Positions 37,631 to 47,288 of a DNA stretch of 63,110 nucleotides are shown here, piece by piece. Positions within the stretch are counted from its first letter, which is position 1. Every line of letters starts with the position of its first letter. The notes under the pieces are model-generated. The model did no database searches and was not told where the DNA came from. It was given only the letters and a program-made list of their open reading frames with translations. A program made the translations under genes and the position numbers. The stretch is from a virus: UHGV virus genome UHGV-0363527; one strand, written 5' to 3'.

Positions 37631-39181
37631 CTAGTCCAAGTCCCACGGAGGGAGGTTGTCGTTGAGAAGTGTGTCCAAGGCTTCTTGTTTACAAGAGGGG
37701 CAAACATAAACGTTTACCTTTCTTGTCTTGCCTATGGTTTCACAAGAGCAGGAGATGTGAGGCTCATGGCAGACAGCGCACTGGTGAAGCTTACTGCTCT
37801 TCAACAGCTCTTCACTTGACAGAAGGTGTTCACCCTTAAGGTCTGTCACCAGTACCATTTGTTTGCCATTCACAGTCTTCACAAAGAACTTCTTGTCTCC
37901 TCGTACCCAGAACTTACCGTTGTATCCATCGGTAGATGGGTACTCAAAGCAAGACGTGCACACAAATCCTATGTCCTTCCTTGACCAGATGACATGGTGA
38001 TTGTCACCACATCCCGGACACACAGGAAGAGAACTCTTAGCCTTGAGCTTGGCCTTGTTCAAATTCCTGTTAGCCTCTCGGCTCTTGGCCCGAACTTCCT
38101 CAAGCATGTCGTAGTACGCCATAGCGTTGGGGACTGTCACTGTGTCAAAGTGTTTAATGATTTGTTTCTTGCACGTTTCACAGATGAAGAAACTATTCTT
38201 GGTATCATACTCCATCGGTCTGTCGTCTCGCGCACACACGAAGCATTTCGGTGCCGCAGAGTATGCGTACACCGCTTCAGGAGGCATGTGAACAGGGGAA
38301 TGGATATGAGTTCCTTGAACATATTCAGGGCCATCGTCAGATGCAAGCTCTTCACTGCCCACTATTTCAAGAGCAGCAGTTCCCTGACCGGCATTGTCAG
38401 CAGGCTTGGGGATAGGGTAAGCGATAGACGAGTACCCGTGTCCGCTTCGGTATGTGAAGCGTTCCTTTACACGGAAGGGTTCGTCAATCATTTGCATCAA
38501 ACGATCAGCGCGAAGGATGGAAGACACGTAGCTTTCAGCCAAGACAAATTCATCGGCTGTGTGTTGCCGACCATAACCGCATGACAGATTGACATGAGCG
38601 ATGTCATGCTTCATCCAAAGATCATAGCAGTCAGAGTAAGAACCATTGGCCTCATAGTAACCGAGCTTGGCAAGGAAGTACGTCAGCTTACTCGGTAACG
38701 TGGGGCTATAGTATACATACTCATTGTGTCCCCTTCGGTCAAGGGCAATGACACAATAAATATGGTCGACGAACTTGTCGAGGTAGCCAGTCTTGAGGAA
38801 AGCCTTCATGCCTTTGCCACCCGTTTCTTCATAGTTTGTGAAGAGAACGAATGGTTTACTGGTATGGCGTTCAATGATGTCCAGAATACCAGCAACACCA
38901 CAGCGGTCATCACCGCCGAGGATACCGTTGGCATTTGTAATGACTCCGTACTCGGTGCACAAGATGAGGGGTTCATCCACCGAGGCGTGTCGTCTTGTAT
39001 CCACATGCGCCTGCAAAAGCACAGGACATATGGTATCAGTTGTAGGAATACCGAAGACGAAGTTCTCGTCGTCAGTGTATACTTCGTACCCAGAGTCGGA
39101 ACTCGTCAGAGTACCAACGATGTTCTGTATTACCTCCGCATCCGTCATGCGAAGGATTGTCTTGAGTCTCTCAATGCTCAT
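37631..39181 (-). CDS. two-domain protein: N-terminal M20/M28/M42-like metallopeptidase fold plus C-terminal array of CxxC zinc ribbons
   Basis: LQAHVDT (HxD), GGDDRCGVAGILD, NYEETGGKG (EE-G..G) and a later H..DE resemble co-catalytic zinc peptidase ligands. The C-terminal 200 aa carry at least five CxxC pairs (CFVCA, CETCKK, CPGCG, CTSCF, CAVCHE, CPSCK). Confidence 0.5.
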   Translation of the reverse strand: MSIERLKTILRMTDAEVIQNIVGTLTSSDSGYEVYTDDENFVFGIPTTDTICPVLLQAHVDTRRHASVDEPLILCTEYGVITNANGILGGDDRCGVAGILDIIERHTSKPFVLFTNYEETGGKGMKAFLKTGYLDKFVDHIYCVIALDRRGHNEYVYYSPTLPSKLTYFLAKLGYYEANGSYSDCYDLWMKHDIAHVNLSCGYGRQHTADEFVLAESYVSSILRADRLMQMIDEPFRVKERFTYRSGHGYSSIAYPIPKPADNAGQGTAALEIVGSEELASDDGPEYVQGTHIHSPVHMPPEAVYAYSAAPKCFVCARDDRPMEYDTKNSFFICETCKKQIIKHFDTVTVPNAMAYYDMLEEVRAKSREANRNLNKAKLKAKSSLPVCPGCGDNHHVIWSRKDIGFVCTSCFEYPSTDGYNGKFWVRGDKKFFVKTVNGKQMVLVTDLKGEHLLSSEELLKSSKLHQCAVCHEPHISCSCETIGKTRKVNVYVCPSCKQEALDTLLNDNLPPWDLD

Positions 39182-40784
39182 TAGCGTCTCCTTCGCTGAC
39201 GTTCCAGCTAATCTTGAGATCAGGATTGCTGGTTATAAAGTTCTGCAAGATGCTGGCCTTGATGTGAACCTGTGCTTCACTGATTGTTGACGAAGGCAGA
39301 GAAGACAACTGCTGATAACAGTTGTTGCACAAAGCATGACCACGATAAGGATACATCAAGCCGTGAGAACCACAACATTCGCAGGTAGTCTTGTGCAAGA
39401 TACTGATGCAGTGTTCACATACAGGGATGTCTTCAATCCACTGTAGCTTCTTATCAGACTTGGTGCCGCAGATAGCGCACATGTTATTCCATGCACACTT
39501 GGGACATGCTTTGCCTTCCCGCATCATCGAACCACAGACAGGACAGAATGTGACCTTTTCCACACAGTTATTACACAGTGGGTACAGCTTGTTGCTGTCC
39601 GTTTTAAGCATCTGCTTGCCACACCTCTTGCAGTTGGTCAGCTTTGTTTCTTCGCAGTCACTGCAAATGATTGTTGATTTGGTATGATACTTACCGCACA
39701 ACAAACAAGGTGCTTCTACGCACCCTCGCACATCAATGTTCCTGATCTTGTCAGACGTTGAAGAGAAGAAGAACATACGAACAGGGTCAATGTACCATCC
39801 TTCTGGTCTGTAGTCGAGTGAAAGATAGACATCTTCACTGTTTCCATTTGTGTATGACCAGTCTGCTTTATCGTCAAGCAGGGCACACAACCAACCACAC
39901 ACCTTCTTGATGATGGCGTCGTCGATAAAGCCATAAGACTTCATGACGATAAACTTGTTGAAGTCTTTGTCAAAGACAACCCAAGCTCTGCCAGTGATGT
40001 TCTTTCCTTGGCGGTTGTAGATTACACCAGTCAAGGGGCAGAGAGCGATGTCAAGCGGCCCCTTACTGTTGAACCTTCCAACCGTAAAGCACGACGAGAA
40101 GCTGCTGCTACTACCAGCCGACAGCATTGTGAACATATCCATGCTGAAACCATACGTCGCTTTCTTGATCGACGCAATCTCAGAGTAGATGTTCTGAATG
40201 ATGGCGGAGTAGTATTCGTAGTCCTGCGTGATCACAACTGCCTCAGCACAGTCAGAGTTACTGACAAAGGATCTAGCCTCTGGTACCTTCGGCAGTTCTT
40301 TGCTCAGCTTCATGCGAAAAGTACTGGAATATAATCCGCTAAGAAGAATCTTCGCGGTCACATTGCTGTTGGTCTTGGCGTAGGACAAGATACGTTTGGA
40401 CAGCTTCATTTGGTTAGACGTTCTGTTCGTAATGAACTCATCAAACGTAGGCTGCTTATCTTTAGGCATGACCATGCAGACAAGCTGATAAGAGAACGCA
40501 AAGCGTTCATTCAAATCAACCGTTACTTCTTCCTCGACAGTCAGCGTGTCAGGAAGACCGAGCTTAGCAGCCAGATTAGCCTTGTTCTGCTTGCTCAGTT
40601 TGTAGATGTTCTCGATGTAAGTACCAGCTCCATCAGCAGGAAAGCCTACATAATAAGACAAAAGAGATGGCCATTGCTTACTCAGATCAATGGACATACA
40701 AACCTCCAAAGAGACCAGCCCATGTGCACTATGTTCTTTGGGCAATTGACACATATAGAGTCGGGGCTTTCTCGAAGAGTACAC
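39171..40784 (-). CDS. large protein with C-terminal multi-zinc-ribbon array (paralogous architecture to upstream gene)
   Basis: 537 aa; C-terminal 180 aa with about 10 CxxC pairs (CLLCGK, CSDCEE, CKRCGK, CNNCVE, CPVCGS, CPKCAW, CAICGT, CEHCIS, CECCGS, CNNCYQ). Confidence 0.5.
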   Translation of the reverse strand: MYSSRKPRLYMCQLPKEHSAHGLVSLEVCMSIDLSKQWPSLLSYYVGFPADGAGTYIENIYKLSKQNKANLAAKLGLPDTLTVEEEVTVDLNERFAFSYQLVCMVMPKDKQPTFDEFITNRTSNQMKLSKRILSYAKTNSNVTAKILLSGLYSSTFRMKLSKELPKVPEARSFVSNSDCAEAVVITQDYEYYSAIIQNIYSEIASIKKATYGFSMDMFTMLSAGSSSSFSSCFTVGRFNSKGPLDIALCPLTGVIYNRQGKNITGRAWVVFDKDFNKFIVMKSYGFIDDAIIKKVCGWLCALLDDKADWSYTNGNSEDVYLSLDYRPEGWYIDPVRMFFFSSTSDKIRNIDVRGCVEAPCLLCGKYHTKSTIICSDCEETKLTNCKRCGKQMLKTDSNKLYPLCNNCVEKVTFCPVCGSMMREGKACPKCAWNNMCAICGTKSDKKLQWIEDIPVCEHCISILHKTTCECCGSHGLMYPYRGHALCNNCYQQLSSLPSSTISEAQVHIKASILQNFITSNPDLKISWNVSEGDANEH

Positions 40785-40805
40785 ATGGGCCAGCAGGTTT
40801 AAAGA

Positions 40806-41417
40806 TTAGAACAGGCGGTGCATCAAGGCAGACTGTTCTTCACGAATCTTAGCAGCGTGAAGGTTCATGCCTACGCCCTTGAGCAGAGGTTCGATCTTGC
40901 TGATGTTGTCAGCAACAGGAACCATCTGGAAACCAAAGTGCTGCTCGATCACATCCATCGGTACTTCCTCATGTCCCCAAATCAGCTTGCGCTCAGGCCG
41001 AGACACACGAGCCTTACCTTCATTCGTCAGATTGATGAGGTTGAAGAGGTTCTTGGAGGAACCGATTCGACTACCAGCAGCATCCTTAGCATACACACCA
41101 GTCGCTTCACGCACCAGCATGTACAAGTCACCGACCTTCTCGCCGCTGACAGCACGGAGCAGAGCACCACGCTTGACAGAAGGACGAACAGGGGCGGGCA
41201 TGACGATGGAGGAAGACATGGAGCAGAAGCAGGAAGTGCAGTTACACATATGAGAAACCTCGTGAGTTGAAACGTGATGAGTACCAAACATCATGGTCAC
41301 AAGTCTACGCTTATAACTTGGTAAACATGACTGTACTGCGTCGGCAACGCTAGGTGAATAGCACATTGATCTAATCCCTAGATGCATAGCAGGACTCACA
41401 CAACCCACACAAGACAA
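40806..41417 (-). CDS. hypothetical protein (start uncertain; probably internal Met)
   Basis: 203-aa ORF; Cys-rich N-terminus may be a translated leader. Confidence 0.35.
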   Translation of the reverse strand: MSCVGCVSPAMHLGIRSMCYSPSVADAVQSCLPSYKRRLVTMMFGTHHVSTHEVSHMCNCTSCFCSMSSSIVMPAPVRPSVKRGALLRAVSGEKVGDLYMLVREATGVYAKDAAGSRIGSSKNLFNLINLTNEGKARVSRPERKLIWGHEEVPMDVIEQHFGFQMVPVADNISKIEPLLKGVGMNLHAAKIREEQSALMHRLF

Positions 41418-41616
41418 CCTTATGTGGAGGTGCTGTCTCTACACAAGACCCCGTTACGCTACACTAGTCGCACCTAGTATGCATGAGTCCTGCTATGTGC
41501 TAGAGGTTAGTTCTTTTTGTCGAGGGCCTTAACCGCATCGTTGGCATAACCAACGGTGGTGATGGCGCACAGGCCGGTCATCAAGGTATAGAACAGAAAC
41601 CCAGCGATACGGGTAA

Positions 41617-42180
41617 TCATTTCTTACCGCCCTTGTTGTTCTGCTGCTGAGGCTTGGGCTGCTTGGCTTCCACCTTGAGGGCAGCGTCACTGGGAACCAC
41701 ATCAGCAGCGGTGGGAGCAGGGGCCGGAGTGGGAGGAGTCATCTCCACCACACCAGCGTCAACAGTCACGGGAGTAGGGGCAGGCTGGCCGATCTGCATA
41801 CCGAGACGTTTGGCCACGGACTGGATGGCACGCTTCGCTTCATCAGGATTGTTTCCCGCAACAGTGTGCAGTTCCTGCATGATGTTGCCGGAGCCACCAG
41901 TGGTGGGGCCGGTGGGAGTCACGTTGAAGACGGGGCGAACATTGCGACCAGTCCACTTGCCAACAATCCAGTCGAATCCTTTCTGCACACCGGCGCAAGC
42001 CAACGCAGCGATGGCACCGCCAATGCCGGTGACGATGGCACCCTGAACCTGCTGGCCAAGGGTACCGGACTGCGAAGGATTGACCGAGGTGGCAATGGTG
42101 ATGCCTTCTTTCGGGCCGTTCTGATTGCCGCCCTTCTGTTTCTGCTGGTTCTGGTTGTTGTTGTTCTGATCACCGCTCAT
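41617..42180 (-). CDS. Q/N-rich membrane protein (GC-rich island)
   Basis: 187 aa; N-terminal NNNQNQQKQK low complexity, hydrophobic AIVTGIGGAIAALACAGV, Pro/Ala/Thr-rich C-terminus. Confidence 0.45.
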   Translation of the reverse strand: MSGDQNNNNQNQQKQKGGNQNGPKEGITIATSVNPSQSGTLGQQVQGAIVTGIGGAIAALACAGVQKGFDWIVGKWTGRNVRPVFNVTPTGPTTGGSGNIMQELHTVAGNNPDEAKRAIQSVAKRLGMQIGQPAPTPVTVDAGVVEMTPPTPAPAPTAADVVPSDAALKVEAKQPKPQQQNNKGGKK

Positions 42181-42581
42181 GAGGTGAACTCCTTTTCAGG
42201 TTTGCGCTGGAGATGATAGAAGCTAGGACATCCGGGTAAGTCTCCAGTTATCTGATACCCTAGGTGTTGATAGAATCTGACAGCATCTGTGTTCGACTTG
42301 AGTGTACTCAAACTGAACCAGTGTTCAGGGTACTGCTGGTGCAAGGTGCGAAGTATCTGTCCTCCAATACCTACACCACGGTAGCGCACCCCAATCCAGT
42401 AGACGTAGACATATCTGACATGATCGCCAGACTTGAACTCGTCAAAGATAGCAGCACCAACTGGGTAGCCGTCGTCATCATACAGAGTGTAGGAGAGGTT
42501 GTCACGGTTTGACATGACATCCTCGATCCTATCATCGAAGACTTCACATAGGATGTCTAACGCATCCTGATCAACACTCAT
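42177..42581 (-). CDS. GNAT-family N-acetyltransferase
   Basis: Motif A RYRGVGIGGQIL (R/Q-x-x-G-x-G/A) with preceding beta-strand YVYVYWIGV; 134 aa. Confidence 0.65.
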   Translation of the reverse strand: MSVDQDALDILCEVFDDRIEDVMSNRDNLSYTLYDDDGYPVGAAIFDEFKSGDHVRYVYVYWIGVRYRGVGIGGQILRTLHQQYPEHWFSLSTLKSNTDAVRFYQHLGYQITGDLPGCPSFYHLQRKPEKEFTS

Positions 42582-42616
42582 GACAACCTCTCCAAGTTAA
42601 GGTTTAAAGAAGGAGG

Positions 42617-42805
42617 CTAGTCCTTCTTGTCTTCCACCGGCTTGGTGTCGATGGTCTGGTCGGAGGCCGGAGCGGGGAACAGAGCCTGCTTCCCTTCCTT
42701 GTAGGCGAAGGAACCAGCGACCGTGGCAATGACCGCATACACAAGGGGTTTCAGGAAACGAAACATAAGTTTCTCCTTTGTTAAAGTGTGACAGGAAAGA
42801 GGCAA
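42617..42805 (-). CDS. small membrane protein
   Basis: 62 aa, TM FLKPLVYAVIATVAGSFAY. Confidence 0.35.
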   Translation of the reverse strand: MPLSCHTLTKEKLMFRFLKPLVYAVIATVAGSFAYKEGKQALFPAPASDQTIDTKPVEDKKD

Positions 42806-42845
42806 GGAACATCCCTGACTCTACACCTATCACACTTCAATCCTG

Positions 42846-43130
42846 CTACCCATTGAAGTCGTATGCTTTTCGTTGCAGGTTCTTGTCGAAGTTGGTATAG
42901 TCCACATGATAGCATGTCCCTTGCTGATAACACATCAGCAGTTTGCCACAGTTGCTCCTCAAGAGACTGGTGCCAGACTTAGGGCAGGTAATAAAGTTAC
43001 CTGCGTTCTTCAGCTTCCACTCTTCCACCTCTTCTTCAGTGAGTTGAGGTGACTTCTTCGGAAGGAAGCGAGGAGGAGCATAGGGATCTTTCTGCGACCA
43101 GTAATTCATCTTGTCTTGATATGTAGGCAT
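42846..43130 (-). CDS. hypothetical protein
   Basis: 94-aa ORF. Confidence 0.4.
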   Translation of the reverse strand: MPTYQDKMNYWSQKDPYAPPRFLPKKSPQLTEEEVEEWKLKNAGNFITCPKSGTSLLRSNCGKLLMCYQQGTCYHVDYTNFDKNLQRKAYDFNG

Positions 43131-43212
43131 AACCTTTCTCCTTATACGTAAACGGACTGAGGTTAGCAGAGAGCAGCCAACCCCAGCCCGAGTAGATGTT
43201 AAAGATATGAAG

Positions 43213-43620
43213 CTAGAACGCTGACGTAAACAGGGCCTTGAGCCTCTTAAGTCCAGTCAGAGGTTGTACCTTGTTTGCGTGCAAGGCATCCAGCAGCATT
43301 TCCTTTACGGGGGTTCTTCGCAGTGACCGAACAACGAGGTGTAAGACATACCATCTACTCCTAGTTGTAGCCATAGCTTCGATGAGATCAGCCATCACCA
43401 AGCTGGTTTCACATGTGAACGCAACGGTTCTCATGATGATACCCATCGAGTACAGCTTGTTAAGTTCCTCCGTCAACACGTGTCTGCAATACTTGTACTC
43501 TCTATACCGTGCCAGAGTAAAAGCACACAGTCCCACGCCAACCACCAGTGCACCACCATGCAGATAGACTTGTCGCACTGCAGGGCTGGACACCATGAGT
43601 TCTCCTAGTATATCAAACAT
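43213..43620 (-). CDS. hypothetical protein with hydrophobic N-terminal segment
   Basis: 135-aa ORF. Confidence 0.4.
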   Translation of the reverse strand: MFDILGELMVSSPAVRQVYLHGGALVVGVGLCAFTLARYREYKYCRHVLTEELNKLYSMGIIMRTVAFTCETSLVMADLIEAMATTRSRWYVLHLVVRSLRRTPVKEMLLDALHANKVQPLTGLKRLKALFTSAF

Positions 43621-44093
43621 GACTGGCTCCTTGTAGTCAGTAAGTTGATCTTATGAAGGACATGATGCACATTGCTAGATTATCTTACCTGCCATATTCA
43701 GTAACAACTTCGCGGCATGGCTAGCCGGTACTGCGTAACGGTAGTGAAGCTACCTGTACTCATGTTACTTGCGTCATCCACTAGCTCTGTGTTCGACCCA
43801 AAACACAAGTTGTGTATCCGTAGTTTGTTTTGATGTGCCGACATTGAGCACAGTATCAGCAGCCATCGAGGATTCTACACCTCACTCTGATACACAAGTT
43901 TGCAAAGCGTTTACCTAACCAACAATTCATTAGCCACCCTAAGTCTACACGTTCGGTGGAGCGTACCTTGTGCGGAGGCTGCAACCTACCAGTTGCATTT
44001 GCTCTCTTGTACACGACAGTGCCTGCCTTACTCCTTTCACTTGCAACCTAGTTCCAAACAAGGCCGAGTTACCCCGGCCCTGCTTGTTATGGG

Positions 44094-44594
44094 TTACATG
44101 GGATGGGTGTTGACGAGAGGTTTGATCTTGTCCATCACATCCTTGGTCAGAATCTTGGACATGATGAACTCTTCAATGCCGGAGGCTTCACGCAGAGCGT
44201 CGACAGACGCAAGCGTGGCCGCGTCGATGGCCGTCAGGAAGTACTTGGCTTTCGGATCGTCTTCACCTACGTTCGAGACAAACGCACCGCCCATGATGGA
44301 CAGAGCCTGAGCCAAGCTGAACTTGAACAGAGCTTCGTTCAGCGGGTTGGACTTGATGAACCCGCCCATGCCCCAAGGCAGGCCGGATGCAATCACATCG
44401 GTCACGTTGTTCAGAACCAGCCGACCAGCGGCGAGCTTGGTAATAACAACACCAGCTTCCTTGGTCTTGTCGATCTGCCGGTGCATGGTGGGGGAACTGG
44501 TCACGCTCTTGGCAATACCGATGACCTTGGCACCGAAACCAACCGGCTCATGTGCCGCTTCCATGTCGAGAATGATCTCATTGTCTTTGTTCAT
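44094..44594 (-). CDS. hypothetical protein (GC-rich island)
   Basis: 166-aa ORF. Confidence 0.45.
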   Translation of the reverse strand: MNKDNEIILDMEAAHEPVGFGAKVIGIAKSVTSSPTMHRQIDKTKEAGVVITKLAAGRLVLNNVTDVIASGLPWGMGGFIKSNPLNEALFKFSLAQALSIMGGAFVSNVGEDDPKAKYFLTAIDAATLASVDALREASGIEEFIMSKILTKDVMDKIKPLVNTHPM

Positions 44595-44624
44595 GTACTA
44601 CATACCTCCGTGAGTTTCAGTGTG

Positions 44625-45710
44625 TTACTTGCTGGCCTTGGCGATCTCTTCGGAGATTTGCTTGCACTTGTTCTGCAGGGCGATGCTGCGCTTGCGCAGG
44701 TTCTGGATGCTGTTGCGCTTTTCTTCCACGGCCTTCTCGGCGCCGGACTTGATGATGGGGTCGGTGATCTTGTTGATGGTCTTTTCGCTGGCAGCGAGGG
44801 CCTTTTCACCTTCACGCAGTTCAGCTTCCACGTTGGTCAGTTCATCGGTGGCTTCAGCCAGACGCTGTTCCCGCACCTTGTTCATGCGGTCATCGTTCTT
44901 CCGCTTCTGGATGGCCTTGGTCACCACGTCACGGTGGAACTTGCAGAGGTAGCTGCCTTCCAGCTTGCGCTCATCATCGGTGATGTACTTCTGCGTGTCC
45001 TTGTCGGTGGGCAGGTGGAAGGGCTTCTGTTCAGCCACCTTGCGAAGGACACTGCCGCAACCTTCAAAGGCGCAGCGCAGCACAGGCTTCTCGGTCTTGG
45101 CATCCTTGCCGTCCTTGGTGGGCAGGAGAACAGGCGTAGCCACTTCGGGGCCGACCTTCACGGACACGGGTTCAGCGGTGGTTTCTTCCTTGGCTTCGAT
45201 CTTGTTGGGATTCTCGATGGCGTTGGCAGTGACACCGGCGGGCTTGGCCTGCGTGGAGAACCGGGGCTTGGTTTCCTTGGTGCCGTCACCCTTGGGCAGA
45301 ACACCGAGCATCTGGAGGAAAGGCTTGGAGTCAAAGGTTTTGGAAACCACAGCCTGCATGTCAGCCGTCGCGCTGTCTTCGGCGGTGCCCTTCATCTGGA
45401 ACACGCCCGCCTCGTCGCACACACGCAGGAGTTCATCGGCGGAGTCCATCGTCATGCCGAGGCCAAGGTAGTGCAGAGCTTTGCCGTGCGCGGTGTCCGG
45501 GTCAGCGAGGGACGCAGCGGTCAGCACAGCGGAGGACGTGAGCACACCCTGCAACACGGTGGGGTTGGCAAAGAGAGCTTCCTTCGCAGCCTTGCCTGCG
45601 ATGCGAGCGGTCACGAGCTTGCCAGCTTCAGCGTTGGAATCAAGGACAATTTTGAAGATGTTGCGCATGGACATAGTAGATACTCCGTTTGTTTGATGGT
45701 TGCAGTTCAT
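44625..45710 (-). CDS. hypothetical protein with central Cys2-Cys-His zinc-finger-like segment and C-terminal coiled coil
   Basis: 361 aa; CAFEGCGS...CKFH; K/E-rich heptad C-terminus. Confidence 0.45.
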   Translation of the reverse strand: MNCNHQTNGVSTMSMRNIFKIVLDSNAEAGKLVTARIAGKAAKEALFANPTVLQGVLTSSAVLTAASLADPDTAHGKALHYLGLGMTMDSADELLRVCDEAGVFQMKGTAEDSATADMQAVVSKTFDSKPFLQMLGVLPKGDGTKETKPRFSTQAKPAGVTANAIENPNKIEAKEETTAEPVSVKVGPEVATPVLLPTKDGKDAKTEKPVLRCAFEGCGSVLRKVAEQKPFHLPTDKDTQKYITDDERKLEGSYLCKFHRDVVTKAIQKRKNDDRMNKVREQRLAEATDELTNVEAELREGEKALAASEKTINKITDPIIKSGAEKAVEEKRNSIQNLRKRSIALQNKCKQISEEIAKASK

Positions 45711-45735
45711 TGTGTATATGGTACAGTAGCAGGTG

Positions 45736-46254
45736 CTACTTGCCCAGCTTGGAGATGTAGGCTACGGCATCAGCCTCAGCCTTTCCGATGTCGAGGACAG
45801 AAAAGCCGACAGACTTTACCGGGATGTCGTCGTCAGGTTGCGACAGTTCCATCCCCATGCCGGGATACTTACGCTCAGCGTACTTGGATTTACCCCGGCG
45901 TTGACGTTCACGAGCGATAGCAGCGGCTTGCGATCTGGTCTTGCCACACGCAGGACATTTGCACGTGGGGCACAGGCGTTCGTACTTATCACCAACAGGT
46001 ACGAGTTCCAGCCTGCGCTTGACACGCTCAATGATGCGAGCCTGCGGACTACCATGTCCGTAGAACTCAATCAGTTCTTCAAAGAACTTGACAATCTCGT
46101 TGTCAAGAATAGCAGAACCAACAGGTGTTCCCATAAAATGTATCTCCTTGTTGTTCATTTGTTTCTTTGTAGATGTTAAGCCAGTCTTCCACAAGTTCCA
46201 TAGCCTGCGGTCGGTCGGACTCAGCACAGAGCCCAGACCTGAGCATGAAATCAA
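45736..46254 (-). CDS. hypothetical zinc-ribbon protein
   Basis: 172 aa, CPTCKCPACG. Confidence 0.4.
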   Translation of the reverse strand: MISCSGLGSVLSPTDRRLWNLWKTGLTSTKKQMNNKEIHFMGTPVGSAILDNEIVKFFEELIEFYGHGSPQARIIERVKRRLELVPVGDKYERLCPTCKCPACGKTRSQAAAIARERQRRGKSKYAERKYPGMGMELSQPDDDIPVKSVGFSVLDIGKAEADAVAYISKLGK

Positions 46255-46309
46255 AGATAGCTTTGTAGTCTACCTCCATGTTGAAGTCCTTATGTATATG
46301 ACGCCTGAG

Positions 46310-46594
46310 TTATTCAGGCTCTGTCGTGTCACGCATGTAGTACGCAGTCTGATACGCGGTGATTTGCGGATGCACAAACGTATACAGTATGGGGGCAGGG
46401 TATTTTGCAATGAGACACTTGAGCGCAGCCTCAACTGCGTGCGCCCTCATATGGCACTGTCTGGTGCGCTTATGATCAATGTTCGTCAAGATTTTCTTTC
46501 CGTCCTTTTCCTCGAAGCGGTAGCAGTATCTTGCTTCCATTGCGAAGAACGACCAGAGGTACAACAGTTCGTTAAACTCTCGAAGAGATAGCAT
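46310..46594 (-). CDS. hypothetical protein
   Basis: 94-aa ORF. Confidence 0.35.
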   Translation of the reverse strand: MLSLREFNELLYLWSFFAMEARYCYRFEEKDGKKILTNIDHKRTRQCHMRAHAVEAALKCLIAKYPAPILYTFVHPQITAYQTAYYMRDTTEPE

Positions 46595-46605
46595 CTTTTT
46601 CCTCC

Positions 46606-46914
46606 TTACTTTTCCTGATGTTTAATGAGTTCAGAACGAATCCACCAAAAGCGAAAATCCTCTGCCGCCTGAAAGCCGTACTCTTTCTTGATGAATTTGT
46701 ACAGGTCAGTGTTTATGAAGTAGCCTTCATCGAACAGCACCTTAGCTCTGGCTACCAGTGCCGGGGGAAAGTACCGATAGTCTTCAAAGAGCCGTCCTTC
46801 TGGGTCACGGAAGTCTTTTACAGTTTCCGTATAGCCCAGTGAAGGCAGGACAGCAAGCAAGACTGCGCTGCATAGAATGCCAGCACGAATATGTTTTTTA
46901 CAATACGCCACCAC
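46606..46914 (-). CDS. secreted/periplasmic protein with N-terminal signal peptide
   Basis: MVAYCKKHIRAGILCSAVLLAVLPSLGYTE signal-peptide-like N-terminus. Confidence 0.45.
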   Translation of the reverse strand: MVAYCKKHIRAGILCSAVLLAVLPSLGYTETVKDFRDPEGRLFEDYRYFPPALVARAKVLFDEGYFINTDLYKFIKKEYGFQAAEDFRFWWIRSELIKHQEK

Positions 46915-47105
46915 AAAAACCTCCTGCCTTTGATGTACGGATGCTGTGACATAACGGTACTAAGCTGAATGATGTGGTCATAACAGTAGTTGTAGTTCTG
47001 TGCATACCAATCCTTGTAAAAGAATCGTTGTGCACGCTGTGCCATACAATCCGTAGCCAGTTTGCTAACCATTCGGTCAAGGTATGGTTGTAACATTTGG
47101 TAATC

Positions 47106-47288
47106 CTACCGAATGAGAGGGCCGATTGACGACGCCCAGTTCATCAGGGCTTGGGTTGCCGAGTACTCAGCTTGTCCACGTACTGACCAGTTGGCACAAC
47201 CAGACAACAGGATGGCACACATGCCAAGGAAGAAGATGAACAGCCAGAACGTTGGGTTAGTGTACCACTTCATGTTTGCCTCCCCCAA
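47106..47288 (-). CDS. small lipoprotein (lipobox LSGC); possible o-spanin or superinfection-exclusion lipoprotein
   Basis: MKWYTNPTFWLFIFFLGMCAILLSGC: signal peptide ending in a lipobox; about 30-aa mature peptide. Confidence 0.45.
   Translation of the reverse strand: MGEANMKWYTNPTFWLFIFFLGMCAILLSGCANWSVRGQAEYSATQALMNWASSIGPLIR

Noticed and set aside
44103-45920. 605-aa + strand ORF spanning three minus-strand genes
   Set aside because: Lies in the GC-rich island where antisense frames stay open. The translation is G/H/L/V-rich low complexity with no motif, and it contradicts the uniform minus-strand polarity of the block
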